Assembly (NCBI GenBank): GCA_044870295.1
Contig: JBIOYQ010000021.1
Span: 1 to 53,064, forward strand
Source of the DNA: Actinomycetota bacterium
GTDB taxonomy: Bacteria; Actinomycetota; UBA4738
Direction: 5' to 3'
Length of the DNA: 53,064 nucleotides
The notes under the pieces are model-generated. The model ran no database searches. It was not told the origin of the DNA and saw only the letters and a list, made by a program, of their open reading frames with translations. Positions 1 through 8,979 of the stretch are shown piece by piece. Positions within the stretch are counted from its first letter, which is position 1. The number at the start of each line of letters is the position of its first letter. The position numbers and the translations under genes were made by a program.

Positions 1-812
1 GCGAGGTCGAACGGATGCATGGGCTGGCCCAGCTCGAGCATCACGTAGTTGGTGGCGTCCACCACGTTCGACAGGGGTCGCATGCCGGAGGCGAACAGAC
101 GCGCCTGCACCTTGAGGGGCGACGACCCGACGGCGACGTCGCTGATGACCCGCGCGAGGTACCGGGGACACCATGCCTGGTCGAGCACGTCGACGGTGGC
201 CGCCTTCGAGGCCGCCTCCTTCGATTCCTTGACCGAGAGATCCGGCGGAACCACGGAAACGCCGGTGACCGCGGAGACCTCCCGGGCCACGCCCAGGACG
301 GACAGCTCGTCGGGCCGGTTCGCCTCGACTTCCAGGTCCAGCACCACCTCATCCAGGCCGTACGCGGACCTGAAGTCGGCCCCCACGTCCACCTGATCGG
401 TCAGGATGAGGATGCCGCTGTGGTCCGCGGACAGGGCCAGCTCGCGGGGCGAGCAAAGCATGCCCTCGGAGACGACACCGCGGATCTCCCGAGCCGACAG
501 TGGCTCGGGTAGGGCGGGGACGCGCGCCCCCGGCCCGGCCAAGGGGACCAGGTCGCCTGCCTTCATGTTGCGGACCCCGGCCACCAGCTCGCGTTCGCCG
601 GAGCCGGTGCTGACTCGGACCAGGCACAGCTTGTCGGAGTTGGGGTGGTCCCGGACCTCCAGGACCTTGGCCACCACGACCCCGGACAACCGCTCCCACG
701 GCCGCTCGATCGACTCGGTATGCAGTCCCTGCCACGCCAGGAGCTCGCCGAGCTGCTCGGCCGAAAGGTCGACCGGGCACAGCTCGCGCAGCCAGGACAG
801 GACGATCCTCAC
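1..812 (-). CDS. pheT: phenylalanine--tRNA ligase beta subunit, N-terminal part (gene runs off the left edge)
   Basis: GTG at 812, 4 nt after the pheS stop. My translation reads MRIVLSWLRELCPVDLSAEQLGELLAWQGLHTESIERPWERLSGVVVAKVLEVRDHPNSDKLCLVRV..., a typical PheT N-terminus with a tRNA-binding OB domain. The frame stays open to position 1. It is absent from the ORF track because it is truncated. Confidence 0.9.
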   Translation of the reverse strand, partial: MRIVLSWLRELCPVDLSAEQLGELLAWQGLHTESIERPWERLSGVVVAKVLEVRDHPNSDKLCLVRVSTGSGERELVAGVRNMKAGDLVPLAGPGARVPALPEPLSAREIRGVVSEGMLCSPRELALSADHSGILILTDQVDVGADFRSAYGLDEVVLDLEVEANRPDELSVLGVAREVSAVTGVSVVPPDLSVKESKEAASKAATVDVLDQAWCPRYLARVISDVAVGSSPLKVQARLFASGMRPLSNVVDATNYVMLELGQPMHPFDL

Positions 813-816
813 GGCC

Positions 817-1884
817 TCATCCCACGCCTTCGAACTGCTCCAGGAACCGAACGTCGCTCTCCCAGAGCATGCGGATGTCCGGTACCTCGAACCGGATCAT
901 GGCCAGACGGTCGTATCCCATGCCGAAGGCGAAGCCCGTGTACCGCTCGGGGTCGTAGCCCACGTTCTCCAGGACCGTGGGATGGACCATGCCCGCGCCC
1001 ATGATCTCGATCCAACCGGTGAAGGCGCACGTGCGACAGCCCGACCCGCCGCACGAGAAGCACGTCACCTCGAACTGCGCGCCGGGCTCGACGAACGGGA
1101 AGAACGAGGGGGTCATCCGGACCTGGAGGTCCTGGCCGAGCAGCTCGTGCAGCAGGGTCTCGACCGTTCCCTTCAAATGGGCCATGGACAGGCCTTCGTC
1201 GATGGCCAGGCCTTCGACTTGATGGAAGACGGGCATGTTCTTGGCGGTCACCGCCTCGTTGCGGTAGACGCGGCCGGGCGCCGCGATGTAAACGGGCGGC
1301 TCCTGGGCCTGCATGGTCCGGATCTGCACCGGTGAGGTGTGCGTGCGAAGCAACAGCTCGGGATGGCCCGGGACCTCCAGATAGGTCGTGTCCATCATGG
1401 TGCGGGCGGGATGGTCGGGCCCGATGTTGAGCGCGTCGAAGGTGCGCCACTCGTCCTCCACCTCCGGACCCTCGGCCACCCGATAGCCCATGCGCATGAA
1501 GATGTCCGCGATCTCCTGCTCGACGATGGTCAGCGGGTGCAGGGAGCCGGACCGGAGGCGGCGGCCGGGAAGGGTCAGATCGACGCGATCGGTCTGGAGG
1601 AGCGAGGCCATTCGCTGCTGCTCCAGCTCACCTCGCCGTTCGGTGATGGCGGTTCGAAGCGCGTCCCGCACCTCGTTGGTTCGCTGTCCCACGACCCGCC
1701 GGTCCTCCTCGGAAAAGGTCCCCAGGCTGCGCTGGACCGAGGAGAAGGGCGCCTTGCGCCCGAGCACCGCCACCTCGGCCTGCTCCAGCTCATCGAGCGA
1801 CGCCGCGGCGGCGATGAGCTCCAGCCCGCGCGTCAGCTCGAAGTCGAGGACCTCCAGGGCTCGCTGGGCGTTCGGCTCGTCCAT
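817..1884 (-). CDS. pheS: phenylalanine--tRNA ligase alpha subunit
   Basis: 355-aa ORF with class II aaRS PheS signatures (LLRTHTSPVQIRTM, GFAFGMGYDRLAMI). It lies immediately upstream of pheT. Confidence 0.97.
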   Translation of the reverse strand: MDEPNAQRALEVLDFELTRGLELIAAAASLDELEQAEVAVLGRKAPFSSVQRSLGTFSEEDRRVVGQRTNEVRDALRTAITERRGELEQQRMASLLQTDRVDLTLPGRRLRSGSLHPLTIVEQEIADIFMRMGYRVAEGPEVEDEWRTFDALNIGPDHPARTMMDTTYLEVPGHPELLLRTHTSPVQIRTMQAQEPPVYIAAPGRVYRNEAVTAKNMPVFHQVEGLAIDEGLSMAHLKGTVETLLHELLGQDLQVRMTPSFFPFVEPGAQFEVTCFSCGGSGCRTCAFTGWIEIMGAGMVHPTVLENVGYDPERYTGFAFGMGYDRLAMIRFEVPDIRMLWESDVRFLEQFEGVG

Positions 1885-2006
1885 CGTGGTTGGTTAGTCT
1901 AAACAGCACGTTGACCCGTCCCGCTCGGAAGGCGGACAATCTACCTGCCGGCTGTAGTCGCGGGGGCGACACGCCTTCTAAGCCGTCGTTCTGACGGGAG
2001 GAGAAC

Positions 2007-3041
2007 GTGCCCGGTCACCTCTCCAGCAGAAGCCTTTCGCTCATGGTCGTCCTGGGGGTGCTGGCGACTGTTTCGCCCACGACCGGCGCGGTTGGCCAGA
2101 CAGACTCGGCATCCAAGAGCCATGCGAGGGCCCTGCTGCTCCCGACCCCTCGGTGTTGTATGGGGATGGCCTACGACGACGCCCGGGGGAACGTCGTCGT
2201 CTTTGGGGGACAGAACCGTGTCAAGGGATGGGAATTCCGCGACACGTGGACATGGGACGGGACCGCCTGGACCCGGCAGAGCCCGGTCCAGTCGCCGCCG
2301 CAACGCTTTTGGGCAGGGATGACCTATCACGCGGACTCGGCACGAGTGGTCCTCACCCTGGGTGAGGACTCGAACGACAACTACCTCGACACGTGGACAT
2401 GGAATGGCGCTGACTGGCAACGTGAACCTGTTGGACGAATGCCCTCCAGGCGCAACGCTCCGGGGATGACGTATGACAGCATTCGCCAAGAGGCAGTCCT
2501 CTTCGGCGGGTATCTGCTTCCGGGCCACACGGTCGTGTTCCACGACACGTGGACATGGGACGGAAGCGACTGGACGAAACGAACCCCCGGGATCCGGCCG
2601 GAAGGCCGATACGGCCACTCCATGGCGTTCGATGCCGCACGAGGGGTCACGGTCCTCTTCGGTGGGATCCGACAGGAAAACAAGATCTTTGGAGACACCT
2701 GGACCTGGGATGGGAGCGCCTGGACGAAGCCCTCGCCATCGTCCTCCCCTCCGGCACGGTCGTTCGCCAGCATGGCCTACGACTCCGCCCGCGGGGAGAC
2801 CGTGCTCTTTGGGGGCATCGCAGCCGACGGAGAGATCCTCGACGACACCTGGGTGTGGGATGGAACTTCGTGGACGCGGAGGCACCCCGATCTGTCGCCG
2901 GCACCCAGATCGAGCTCCGGTATGGCGTTCGATGTGGCCAACGGCGAAACAGTGCTGTTCGGGGGGACCGCGCCTGACGGTGCGCTCTACGGGGACACGT
3001 GGACGTGGGATGGGTCGGCGTGGTCGCTTCGCCAGGGGTAA
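2007..3041 (+). CDS. secreted Kelch-repeat beta-propeller protein (6 blades)
   Basis: GTG 2007 is preceded by GGGAGGAG. The N-terminus is signal-peptide-like (SLSLMVVLGVLATVSPTTGAVG). There are six repeats of about 50 aa, each with VLFGG ... DTWTWDG..W. The DNA motif gacacgtggacatgggacgg recurs about every 150 bp, near 2231, 2389, 2544, 2695, 2842 and 2993. Confidence 0.85.
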   Translation: MPGHLSSRSLSLMVVLGVLATVSPTTGAVGQTDSASKSHARALLLPTPRCCMGMAYDDARGNVVVFGGQNRVKGWEFRDTWTWDGTAWTRQSPVQSPPQRFWAGMTYHADSARVVLTLGEDSNDNYLDTWTWNGADWQREPVGRMPSRRNAPGMTYDSIRQEAVLFGGYLLPGHTVVFHDTWTWDGSDWTKRTPGIRPEGRYGHSMAFDAARGVTVLFGGIRQENKIFGDTWTWDGSAWTKPSPSSSPPARSFASMAYDSARGETVLFGGIAADGEILDDTWVWDGTSWTRRHPDLSPAPRSSSGMAFDVANGETVLFGGTAPDGALYGDTWTWDGSAWSLRQG

Positions 3042-3044
3042 GCG

Positions 3045-4508
3045 CTATGCCGACTCACCCGGCAGCGTGAGGGTGAGCTCGAGGCGGTCGCCCACCTGCG
3101 CCACCAGCGATCCACCATGCGCCTCGGCCAGCCGCTGAGCCACGAAGAGCCCGATCTTGCTGCCGCCGCCCGTCCCTGGCGTCCGTGGGACGAACAACCG
3201 GTCCGCGTCCTGCGGCGACACCGCGGTGCCCTGCCGCCACACACGAACGGTCGGGTGCGGCCGGTCCTCGACCTCCATCGTCACCGGCCCTCGGTCGCCG
3301 AACCACTGGGCGCTCTCGATCATGGCTAGCAGCATCGTCCGAAGCCTGGCGCGGTCGACCACGGCGGTGACCGGCCGGCCGGACACCTCGACATCTGCCT
3401 GCTCCCACGCCGTCGCGTCGGCCCGGACCTTCGTCGCCATCTCCAGGAGGTTCGTGGGGACCCGTGTCAGCTCCAGGGTGCCCGACGCTAGCTTGGCGGC
3501 GTCGACCACCTGGGACAGCACCACCTCCATCCGCTGGGCGTCGTGCTCCATCCCCTCGAGCATCATCCGGCGCTCGGCATCGGTCAGCCGATCCCACCTC
3601 GACCGCAGGGTCGCCGAGAAGCCCTTGAGTGCGGTGAGCGGTGATCGAAGGTCATGGGCTGCCCCGGCCACGATGTCCGCCAGGAAGAAGGCGGACTCGG
3701 GAAACGCGACCGGACGGCGGCCGACGCTTCGTTGCCGGGCGGCCTCGAACAAGACCAGGGTAGCCGCCGCGGCCAGGTTCAAGGACTCGGCTCGGCCCTG
3801 GATGGGAACTCGAACGGAGCGATCGGCCAACCCCAGCGCCACGGGCGACAGGCCGCGGGCTTCGTTGCCGAACAGGACGGCCGTCGGCCCCGACAGGTCA
3901 ACGTCCTGGACGACCTCATCCCCCGAGGCCGTCGCCGCCAGGACGGCGAATCCGCGTTCGCGAAGCCGATCGACGGCCTCAGCGAGCTCGACGTCCCTGA
4001 CAACTGGGACGTGAAACAGCGAGCCCGCGGTAGCTCGCACCGTCTTCGGGTTGTAGACGTCCACGGACGAACGGGTGAACACCACCGCGTCGGAGCCGGC
4101 CGCGTCGGCGGACCGGAGGATCGTTCCGGCGTTGCCCGGGTCGCGCACCTCGACCAGGACCGGGACGATGCCGCCGGATCCGTCCACGACCGCCGTCAGC
4201 GGGACGTCCACGAACCCCGCCACGGCCACCACACCCTGCGGGGTGACCGTCGAGGTGAGGTGCCCCATGACCTCCGGCGAGACGGTGTGGACGGGGGCCC
4301 CGGCCTGCTTGGCCAGGGAGATGACGGGCTCGAGTCGCTCCTCCGATTCCGGGGTCGCGAACACCTCCCTCACATCCGCGCCCGAGCTGAAGGCTTCGGC
4401 CACCGCCTGGAGGCCCTCGACCAGGAAACGGCGGTCCTTCTCGCGCAGGGCGCGCTTCTTCAACCGCGCGGCGGCGGTGACGCGCTTGTTGTGTGGAGAG
4501 GTGATCAC
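3045..4508 (-). CDS. SpoU/TrmH-family RNA 2'-O-methyltransferase fused to a histidine-kinase core (HisKA DHp + degenerate HATPase_c)
   Basis: The likely start is GTG 4508 (VITSPHNKRV...); the track start at 4790 would overlap rplT. Residues 1-260 carry the TrmH motifs (VRDPGNAGTILRSADAAG, LFGNEARGLS, VRVPIQGRAESLNLAAAATLVLFE). With no stop or internal start, the frame continues into an H-box (AGAAHDLRSPLTALKGF) and an ATPase-like C-terminus (GTGGGSKIGLFVAQRLAEAHGGSL). Total length is 487 aa. Confidence 0.8.
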   Translation of the reverse strand: MITSPHNKRVTAAARLKKRALREKDRRFLVEGLQAVAEAFSSGADVREVFATPESEERLEPVISLAKQAGAPVHTVSPEVMGHLTSTVTPQGVVAVAGFVDVPLTAVVDGSGGIVPVLVEVRDPGNAGTILRSADAAGSDAVVFTRSSVDVYNPKTVRATAGSLFHVPVVRDVELAEAVDRLRERGFAVLAATASGDEVVQDVDLSGPTAVLFGNEARGLSPVALGLADRSVRVPIQGRAESLNLAAAATLVLFEAARQRSVGRRPVAFPESAFFLADIVAGAAHDLRSPLTALKGFSATLRSRWDRLTDAERRMMLEGMEHDAQRMEVVLSQVVDAAKLASGTLELTRVPTNLLEMATKVRADATAWEQADVEVSGRPVTAVVDRARLRTMLLAMIESAQWFGDRGPVTMEVEDRPHPTVRVWRQGTAVSPQDADRLFVPRTPGTGGGSKIGLFVAQRLAEAHGGSLVAQVGDRLELTLTLPGESA

Positions 4509-4552
4509 CGTCCGCCCATTCTCAGGGGACGGTCGGTGCGCGGGAACGTCGG

Positions 4553-4969
4553 TTAGGTCCGGGCTGCCGACCGCGCCCGAGGCCTGCGGGGCTTCGCGGC
4601 GGTCTTGGACACCGTCTCCAGTCCCTCGCGAGCGGCGGCGACCAGCGCGGTGAAGGCGGCGGGGTCGGTGACGGCCAGGTCCGCGAGGATCTTTCTGTCG
4701 AGCTCGACACCTGAGGCGCGAAGCCCCCGCACGAAGCTGGAGTACGACATGCCGTCGGCCCGGGAGGCGGCGCCGATGCGGGTGATCCACAGCCGGCGGA
4801 ACTGGGCCTTGCGGTCGCGCCGGTCACGGTAGGCGTACACGCCCGAGTGGAGGAGCTGCTCCTTGGCCACGCGATACCGGCGGTGGCGGGACCCCCGATA
4901 CCCCTTGGCCTGCGCCATGATCTCGCGGCGCTTTTTCCTTCCGTGGACGGCTCGCTTCACGCGGGGCAT
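4553..4969 (-). CDS. rplT: 50S ribosomal protein L20
   Basis: [38 protein letters not shown]... It has a short basic C-terminal tail and sits in the conserved infC-rpmI-rplT order. Confidence 0.95.
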   Translation of the reverse strand: MPRVKRAVHGRKKRREIMAQAKGYRGSRHRRYRVAKEQLLHSGVYAYRDRRDRKAQFRRLWITRIGAASRADGMSYSSFVRGLRASGVELDRKILADLAVTDPAAFTALVAAAREGLETVSKTAAKPRRPRARSAART

Positions 4970-4981
4970 GTCTCGACTCCT

Positions 4982-5173
4982 CTACTGGCCCAGCAGGCGC
5001 TTGATGGTGGTGGCTTCCGGGCCCACGGGGGCCATGCCGGTGACCCGGCGCTTCCGGCTGCCGGTCTTCTTGGTGAGCATGTGCTTGCCGGTGGCCTTGC
5101 GGTGCAGGACCTTCCCGGTCTTGGTGACCTTGAACCGCTTCGCGGCTCCTCGATGCGTCTTCATCTTCGGCAT
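4982..5173 (-). CDS. rpmI: 50S ribosomal protein L35
   Basis: 63 aa, [27 protein letters not shown]... Confidence 0.95.
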   Translation of the reverse strand: MPKMKTHRGAAKRFKVTKTGKVLHRKATGKHMLTKKTGSRKRRVTGMAPVGPEATTIKRLLGQ

Positions 5174-5234
5174 GACCGCTCCATCTTCCTCTTCCAGGGG
5201 ATCCCCTGCCCCGAACCCGGCGAACGAGCCTTCT

Positions 5235-5819
<585 letters not shown>

Positions 5820-5940
5820 GCGCGGCTCAACAGAGACGCCTGATCACCTCCTGCGGGGGTTCGATGCCGACAACGGCGCTCAAGGATGAAGATCGACAGC
5901 CATACGCTTGACCTGAGTATAAGGAGCGCCGCCGACATGC

Positions 5941-5969
5941 GAGAACGGGCCCACGCGGGGCCCGTTCTC
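5941..5969 (-). terminator. GC-rich hairpin about 20 nt downstream of cspA (candidate terminator without U-tract)
   Basis: Perfect 12-bp inverted repeat gagaacgggccc / gggcccgttctc with a 5-nt loop (13 bp with the flanking c-g pair). No T-run follows on the minus strand. Confidence 0.45.
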
Positions 5970-5988
5970 GTGAGTGCGAGCCGAGGAG

Positions 5989-6189
5989 CTAGACGGGCTT
6001 GACGTTCGCCGCCTGCTTTCCCTTGGGACCTTCAACGATGTCGAACTCCACCGCTTGTCCCTCACTGAGGGTGCGGTAGCCTTCGCCGACGATTGCCGAG
6101 AAGTGGACGAACACGTCGTCGCCATCAGGGCGAGCGATGAAGCCGTAACCCTTCTCGTTGCTGAACCACTTCACCGTTCCTTGCGTCAA
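5989..6189 (-). CDS. cspA: cold-shock protein (CspA family)
   Basis: [32 protein letters not shown] (RNP1/RNP2). I place the start at TTG 6189, 6 nt after AGGAGG, giving 66 aa. The track's 79-aa form adds a non-homologous extension. Confidence 0.92.
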   Translation of the reverse strand: MTQGTVKWFSNEKGYGFIARPDGDDVFVHFSAIVGEGYRTLSEGQAVEFDIVEGPKGKQAANVKPV

Positions 6190-6316
6190 CCTGAACCTCC
6201 TTGCACTTCTCGGCGGACCGCCCGCCAACGCGGGGCCGAATGTAGCATGGACCCCTCAGCCCGGCAATGGATTTGTCAACCCCGGTAGCGTGATCTTCCC
6301 GTGCTTCCTGGAAGGC

Positions 6317-6667
6317 TCACCAGTCGGGTTCGAGGGGCCTGCCGTAGTCGTCCTGGAGGCGGAAGGTGTCGTCCTCGGTGGTGTAGCCGTAGGCCACTTC
6401 GAGGACCCGGCCGCGGGCCTCGCCGTTGTTCCGGATGCGGTGCGGCTCCTCCGCCGAGACCACGAACTCCTCCCCCGCCTGGGCCTCGACCACGCGATTC
6501 CCGATCTGGATCGTCAGGCCGGCATCCAGGACCACCCACATCTCGTCGCGGAGCTGGTGGTAGTGCTCGCTGGTCTCCTGGCCCGGCTCGACCGTGATCA
6601 TCCGCACGGACGAGGGCTGGTTGAGGGCGAAGGTGACCACCTTGCCCCAGGGCTTCTCCACGATCAT
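6317..6667 (-). CDS. cupin-domain protein (type II phosphomannose-isomerase C-terminal-like)
   Basis: 116 aa: EKPWGKV...ITVEPGQETSEHYHQLRDEMWVVLDAG...EPHRIRNNG...EDDTFRLQDDYGR. It starts 8 nt after the ribH stop. Confidence 0.75.
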   Translation of the reverse strand: MIVEKPWGKVVTFALNQPSSVRMITVEPGQETSEHYHQLRDEMWVVLDAGLTIQIGNRVVEAQAGEEFVVSAEEPHRIRNNGEARGRVLEVAYGYTTEDDTFRLQDDYGRPLEPDW

Positions 6668-6674
6668 CGGGCGC

Positions 6675-7148
6675 TCACTCCTTCTGGGGCAGCTGATCCA
6701 GCACGCTGGCCGTCTGCATGGCCGCCATGGCCGCGTCCCATCCCTTGTTGCCGTGCTTGCCGCCGGCCCGGTCCAGGGCCTGCTCCAGATTCTCCGTGGT
6801 CAGGACGCCGAAGAGCACGGGGACGCCGGTCTGGACCGACACCTCGCGGATCCCGCGGGCGGCTTCTCCGGCCACGAAGTCGAAGTGGGCGGTCTCTCCT
6901 CTGATCACGGCGCCCACGCACACCACCGCGTCGTACAGGCCGCTCTCGGCCAGGCGCTTGGCCAGCAGGGGCAGCTCGAAGGCCCCGGGAACCCACGCCA
7001 CCGTGAGGTCGTTCTCCGCGATCCCGTGGGCGCGGAAGCACGCCACCGAACCTTCGACGAGCTTGCCCACCACGACCTCGTTGAAGGCGGCCGCCGCGAT
7101 GGCGAACCGCCGAGCGTGGGCGTCGAACGTCCCGCGGATCTCGCTCAC
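6675..7148 (-). CDS. ribH: 6,7-dimethyl-8-ribityllumazine synthase
   Basis: GTG 7148 overlaps the ribBA stop (GTGA). [10 protein letters not shown]...[15 protein letters not shown]...[18 protein letters not shown]. The track ORF extending to 7586 is an artefactual extension. Confidence 0.93.
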   Translation of the reverse strand: MSEIRGTFDAHARRFAIAAAAFNEVVVGKLVEGSVACFRAHGIAENDLTVAWVPGAFELPLLAKRLAESGLYDAVVCVGAVIRGETAHFDFVAGEAARGIREVSVQTGVPVLFGVLTTENLEQALDRAGGKHGNKGWDAAMAAMQTASVLDQLPQKE

Positions 7149-8404
7149 GGGATGCTCTCCGGGCTCGCCGCGGCGTCGGGTTCGAGGTTGCTCAGGATGT
7201 GGCCGAGCTTCTCCCGCTTCGTCCGGAGGTACCGGAGGTTCTCCTGCGTGGGCTTCGTCTCCAACGGCACCCGTTCGGCGATGGACAGCCCGTAGCCCTC
7301 CAAGCCCGCCCGCTTCAACGGGTTGTTCGTCAGCAGGCGCATGGACCGGACGCCAAGGTCGTACAGGATCTGCGCGCCGATCCCGTAGTCGCGCTGGTCG
7401 GCCGGGAATCCGAGCGCCTCGTTCGCCTCGACGGTGTCGTGTCCGGCCTCCTGCAGCTGATAGGCGCGCAGCTTGTGGGTCAGTCCGATAGCGCGGCCCT
7501 CGTGGCCGCGGATGTACAGCACGACGCCGCGTCCCTCCTGGCCGATCGTCGACAGCGCCGCCTCCAGCTGGGTGCCGCAGTCGCATCGCAGCGACCCGAA
7601 CACGTCACCGGTCAGGCACTCGGAGTGCACCCGGACCAGGATCGCCTCTCCGTCGTCCACCTCGCCCATCACCAGGGCCACGTGGACGCGCCCGTCGACC
7701 AAGCTCTCGTAGGCGGAGGCGGTGAAGGGTCCGAATTCGGTCGGGATGGTGGCCTCGGCCACGCGACGCACGAGCTTCTCGCGCTGGCGCCGGTGGGCGA
7801 TGAGATCCGCGATCGAGATCATGGTCAGCCCGTGCTCCCGAGCCACCCGTTGCAGCTCGGGGAGGCGGGCCATAGTGCCGTCTGCGTGCATGATCTCGCA
7901 GATCACGCCGGCCGGGAACAGTCCCGCTAGCGTGGCCAGGTCCACCGACGCCTCGGTGTGGCCGGCGCGCTTGAGGACGCCGCCGTCGTGAGCGCGAAGG
8001 GGGAACACGTGACCGGGCATCTGGATGTCCTCAGGCCGGGTCTGCGGATCGCAGACGGCCTGGATGGTGGTCGAGCGATCGTACGCACTGGTCCCCGTGG
8101 TCGTGGTCCCGCGCGCGTCGATCGACACGGCGAAGGCCGTCTCGTGGGAGCCCTCCTTCGCCGCCACCATCAGCGGGATGCGGAGCTGGTCCAACCGGTC
8201 GCCCGTGGTCGGCAGGCAGATGATCCCGCGCCCGTGCGTGGCCATGAAGTTGATGGCCTCGGGCGTGGCCTTCTCGGCCGCCATGACGAAGTCGCCCTCG
8301 TTCTCGCGGTCAGCGTCGTCGACCACGATGATGATGTGGCCGTTCCGGATGTCCTGGATGGCCAGCTCGATGGGCGCGAACTCGACAGCCCGTTCATCGC
8401 TCAT
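7145..8404 (-). CDS. ribBA: bifunctional 3,4-dihydroxy-2-butanone-4-phosphate synthase / GTP cyclohydrolase II
   Basis: 419 aa. DHBP synthase motif [16 protein letters not shown] and GCH II zinc motif [20 protein letters not shown]. Confidence 0.95.
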   Translation of the reverse strand: MSDERAVEFAPIELAIQDIRNGHIIIVVDDADRENEGDFVMAAEKATPEAINFMATHGRGIICLPTTGDRLDQLRIPLMVAAKEGSHETAFAVSIDARGTTTTGTSAYDRSTTIQAVCDPQTRPEDIQMPGHVFPLRAHDGGVLKRAGHTEASVDLATLAGLFPAGVICEIMHADGTMARLPELQRVAREHGLTMISIADLIAHRRQREKLVRRVAEATIPTEFGPFTASAYESLVDGRVHVALVMGEVDDGEAILVRVHSECLTGDVFGSLRCDCGTQLEAALSTIGQEGRGVVLYIRGHEGRAIGLTHKLRAYQLQEAGHDTVEANEALGFPADQRDYGIGAQILYDLGVRSMRLLTNNPLKRAGLEGYGLSIAERVPLETKPTQENLRYLRTKREKLGHILSNLEPDAAASPESIP

Positions 8405-8979
8405 GTGCGCTCCCTCATGAGTCCCTCCACGTATTTCGCCAGCACGTCGACCTCCACGTTGACTCGATCACCGACCTCCGCCGTCCCCAGCGTGGTCACC
8501 TCCAGCGTGTACGGGATCAGGGCGACCCCGAACTCATTGCCCTTCACATCCGTGACGGTCAGGCTCACCCCGTCGACCGTTACGGAGCCCTTCTCCACCA
8601 GGTAGCGGGCCAAGTCGTCAGGAAGCTCGATCCGGAAGTCCTTGCCGGGCGGGGCGTCGTCGATCCGCGTGATGGTTCCCACGCCGTCCACATGTCCCTG
8701 CACGAGATGGCCGCCGAGCCGGGTCAGCAACGTGACCGGCCGCTCGAGGTTCACCGAGTCGCCCGCCTCCAGCGAGCCCAGCGAGGAACGAGCCAGGGTC
8801 TCGGGCGAGAGCTCGAAGGTCATGCGACCGTCGGTCCGCGCGACCACGGTCAGGCACACACCGTTGACCGCGACCGAGGCCGACACATCTGAGTCCGATG
8901 CCACCTTCGGGCCCGCGACGGTGAGCCTGGTCCCGACCTCGACGGCCGTGCCCAGCTCCTCAACGATCCCGGTGAACAT
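8401..8979 (-). CDS. ribE: riboflavin synthase (alpha chain)
   Basis: [11 protein letters not shown]... with two lumazine-binding repeats. Its start overlaps the ribD end. Confidence 0.93.
   Translation of the reverse strand: MFTGIVEELGTAVEVGTRLTVAGPKVASDSDVSASVAVNGVCLTVVARTDGRMTFELSPETLARSSLGSLEAGDSVNLERPVTLLTRLGGHLVQGHVDGVGTITRIDDAPPGKDFRIELPDDLARYLVEKGSVTVDGVSLTVTDVKGNEFGVALIPYTLEVTTLGTAEVGDRVNVEVDVLAKYVEGLMRERT

Noticed and set aside
1885-2006. T-box leader upstream of pheS.
   Set aside because: The divergent intergenic region is only 122 bp and contains no T-box sequence (AAUUAGGGUGGUACCGCG-like) and no terminator.
1941-2885. 314-aa minus-strand ORF and several smaller ORFs overlapping the Kelch gene.
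   Set aside because: They are antisense or out of frame relative to a gene with six clean Kelch repeats and a signal peptide, and they have no motifs of their own.
2150-3030. Periodic DNA repeats that might suggest a CRISPR array or tandem-repeat locus. Similar repeats occur at 16850-18790.
   Set aside because: The periodicities are about 150 bp and about 140 bp. The repeats are in frame and correspond to Kelch and BNR protein blades. There is no repeat-spacer structure of constant short repeats.
4509-4790. Longer N-terminus ([13 protein letters not shown]...) of the TrmH-HK ORF.
   Set aside because: It would overlap the rplT coding region by about 240 nt in another frame and is Arg/Pro-rich. 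TrmH-family homology begins at GTG 4508.
5820-5880. Non-canonical AUU/AUC start for infC, as in E. coli IF-3 autoregulation, using the strong AGGAGGTGA about 30 nt upstream.
   Set aside because: The ATC following that SD is out of frame and hits a stop after five more codons. In frame there is a TGA nine codons upstream of GTG 5819 and no other initiator codon, so GTG 5819 stands even though its SD is weak.
6229-6316. Promoter call for cspA from a perfect TTGACA on the minus strand.
   Set aside because: No acceptable -10 hexamer lies 16-19 nt downstream. The nearest candidate (TACATT) is 29 nt away. The region probably holds the cspA promoter and 5' UTR, but I cannot place them.
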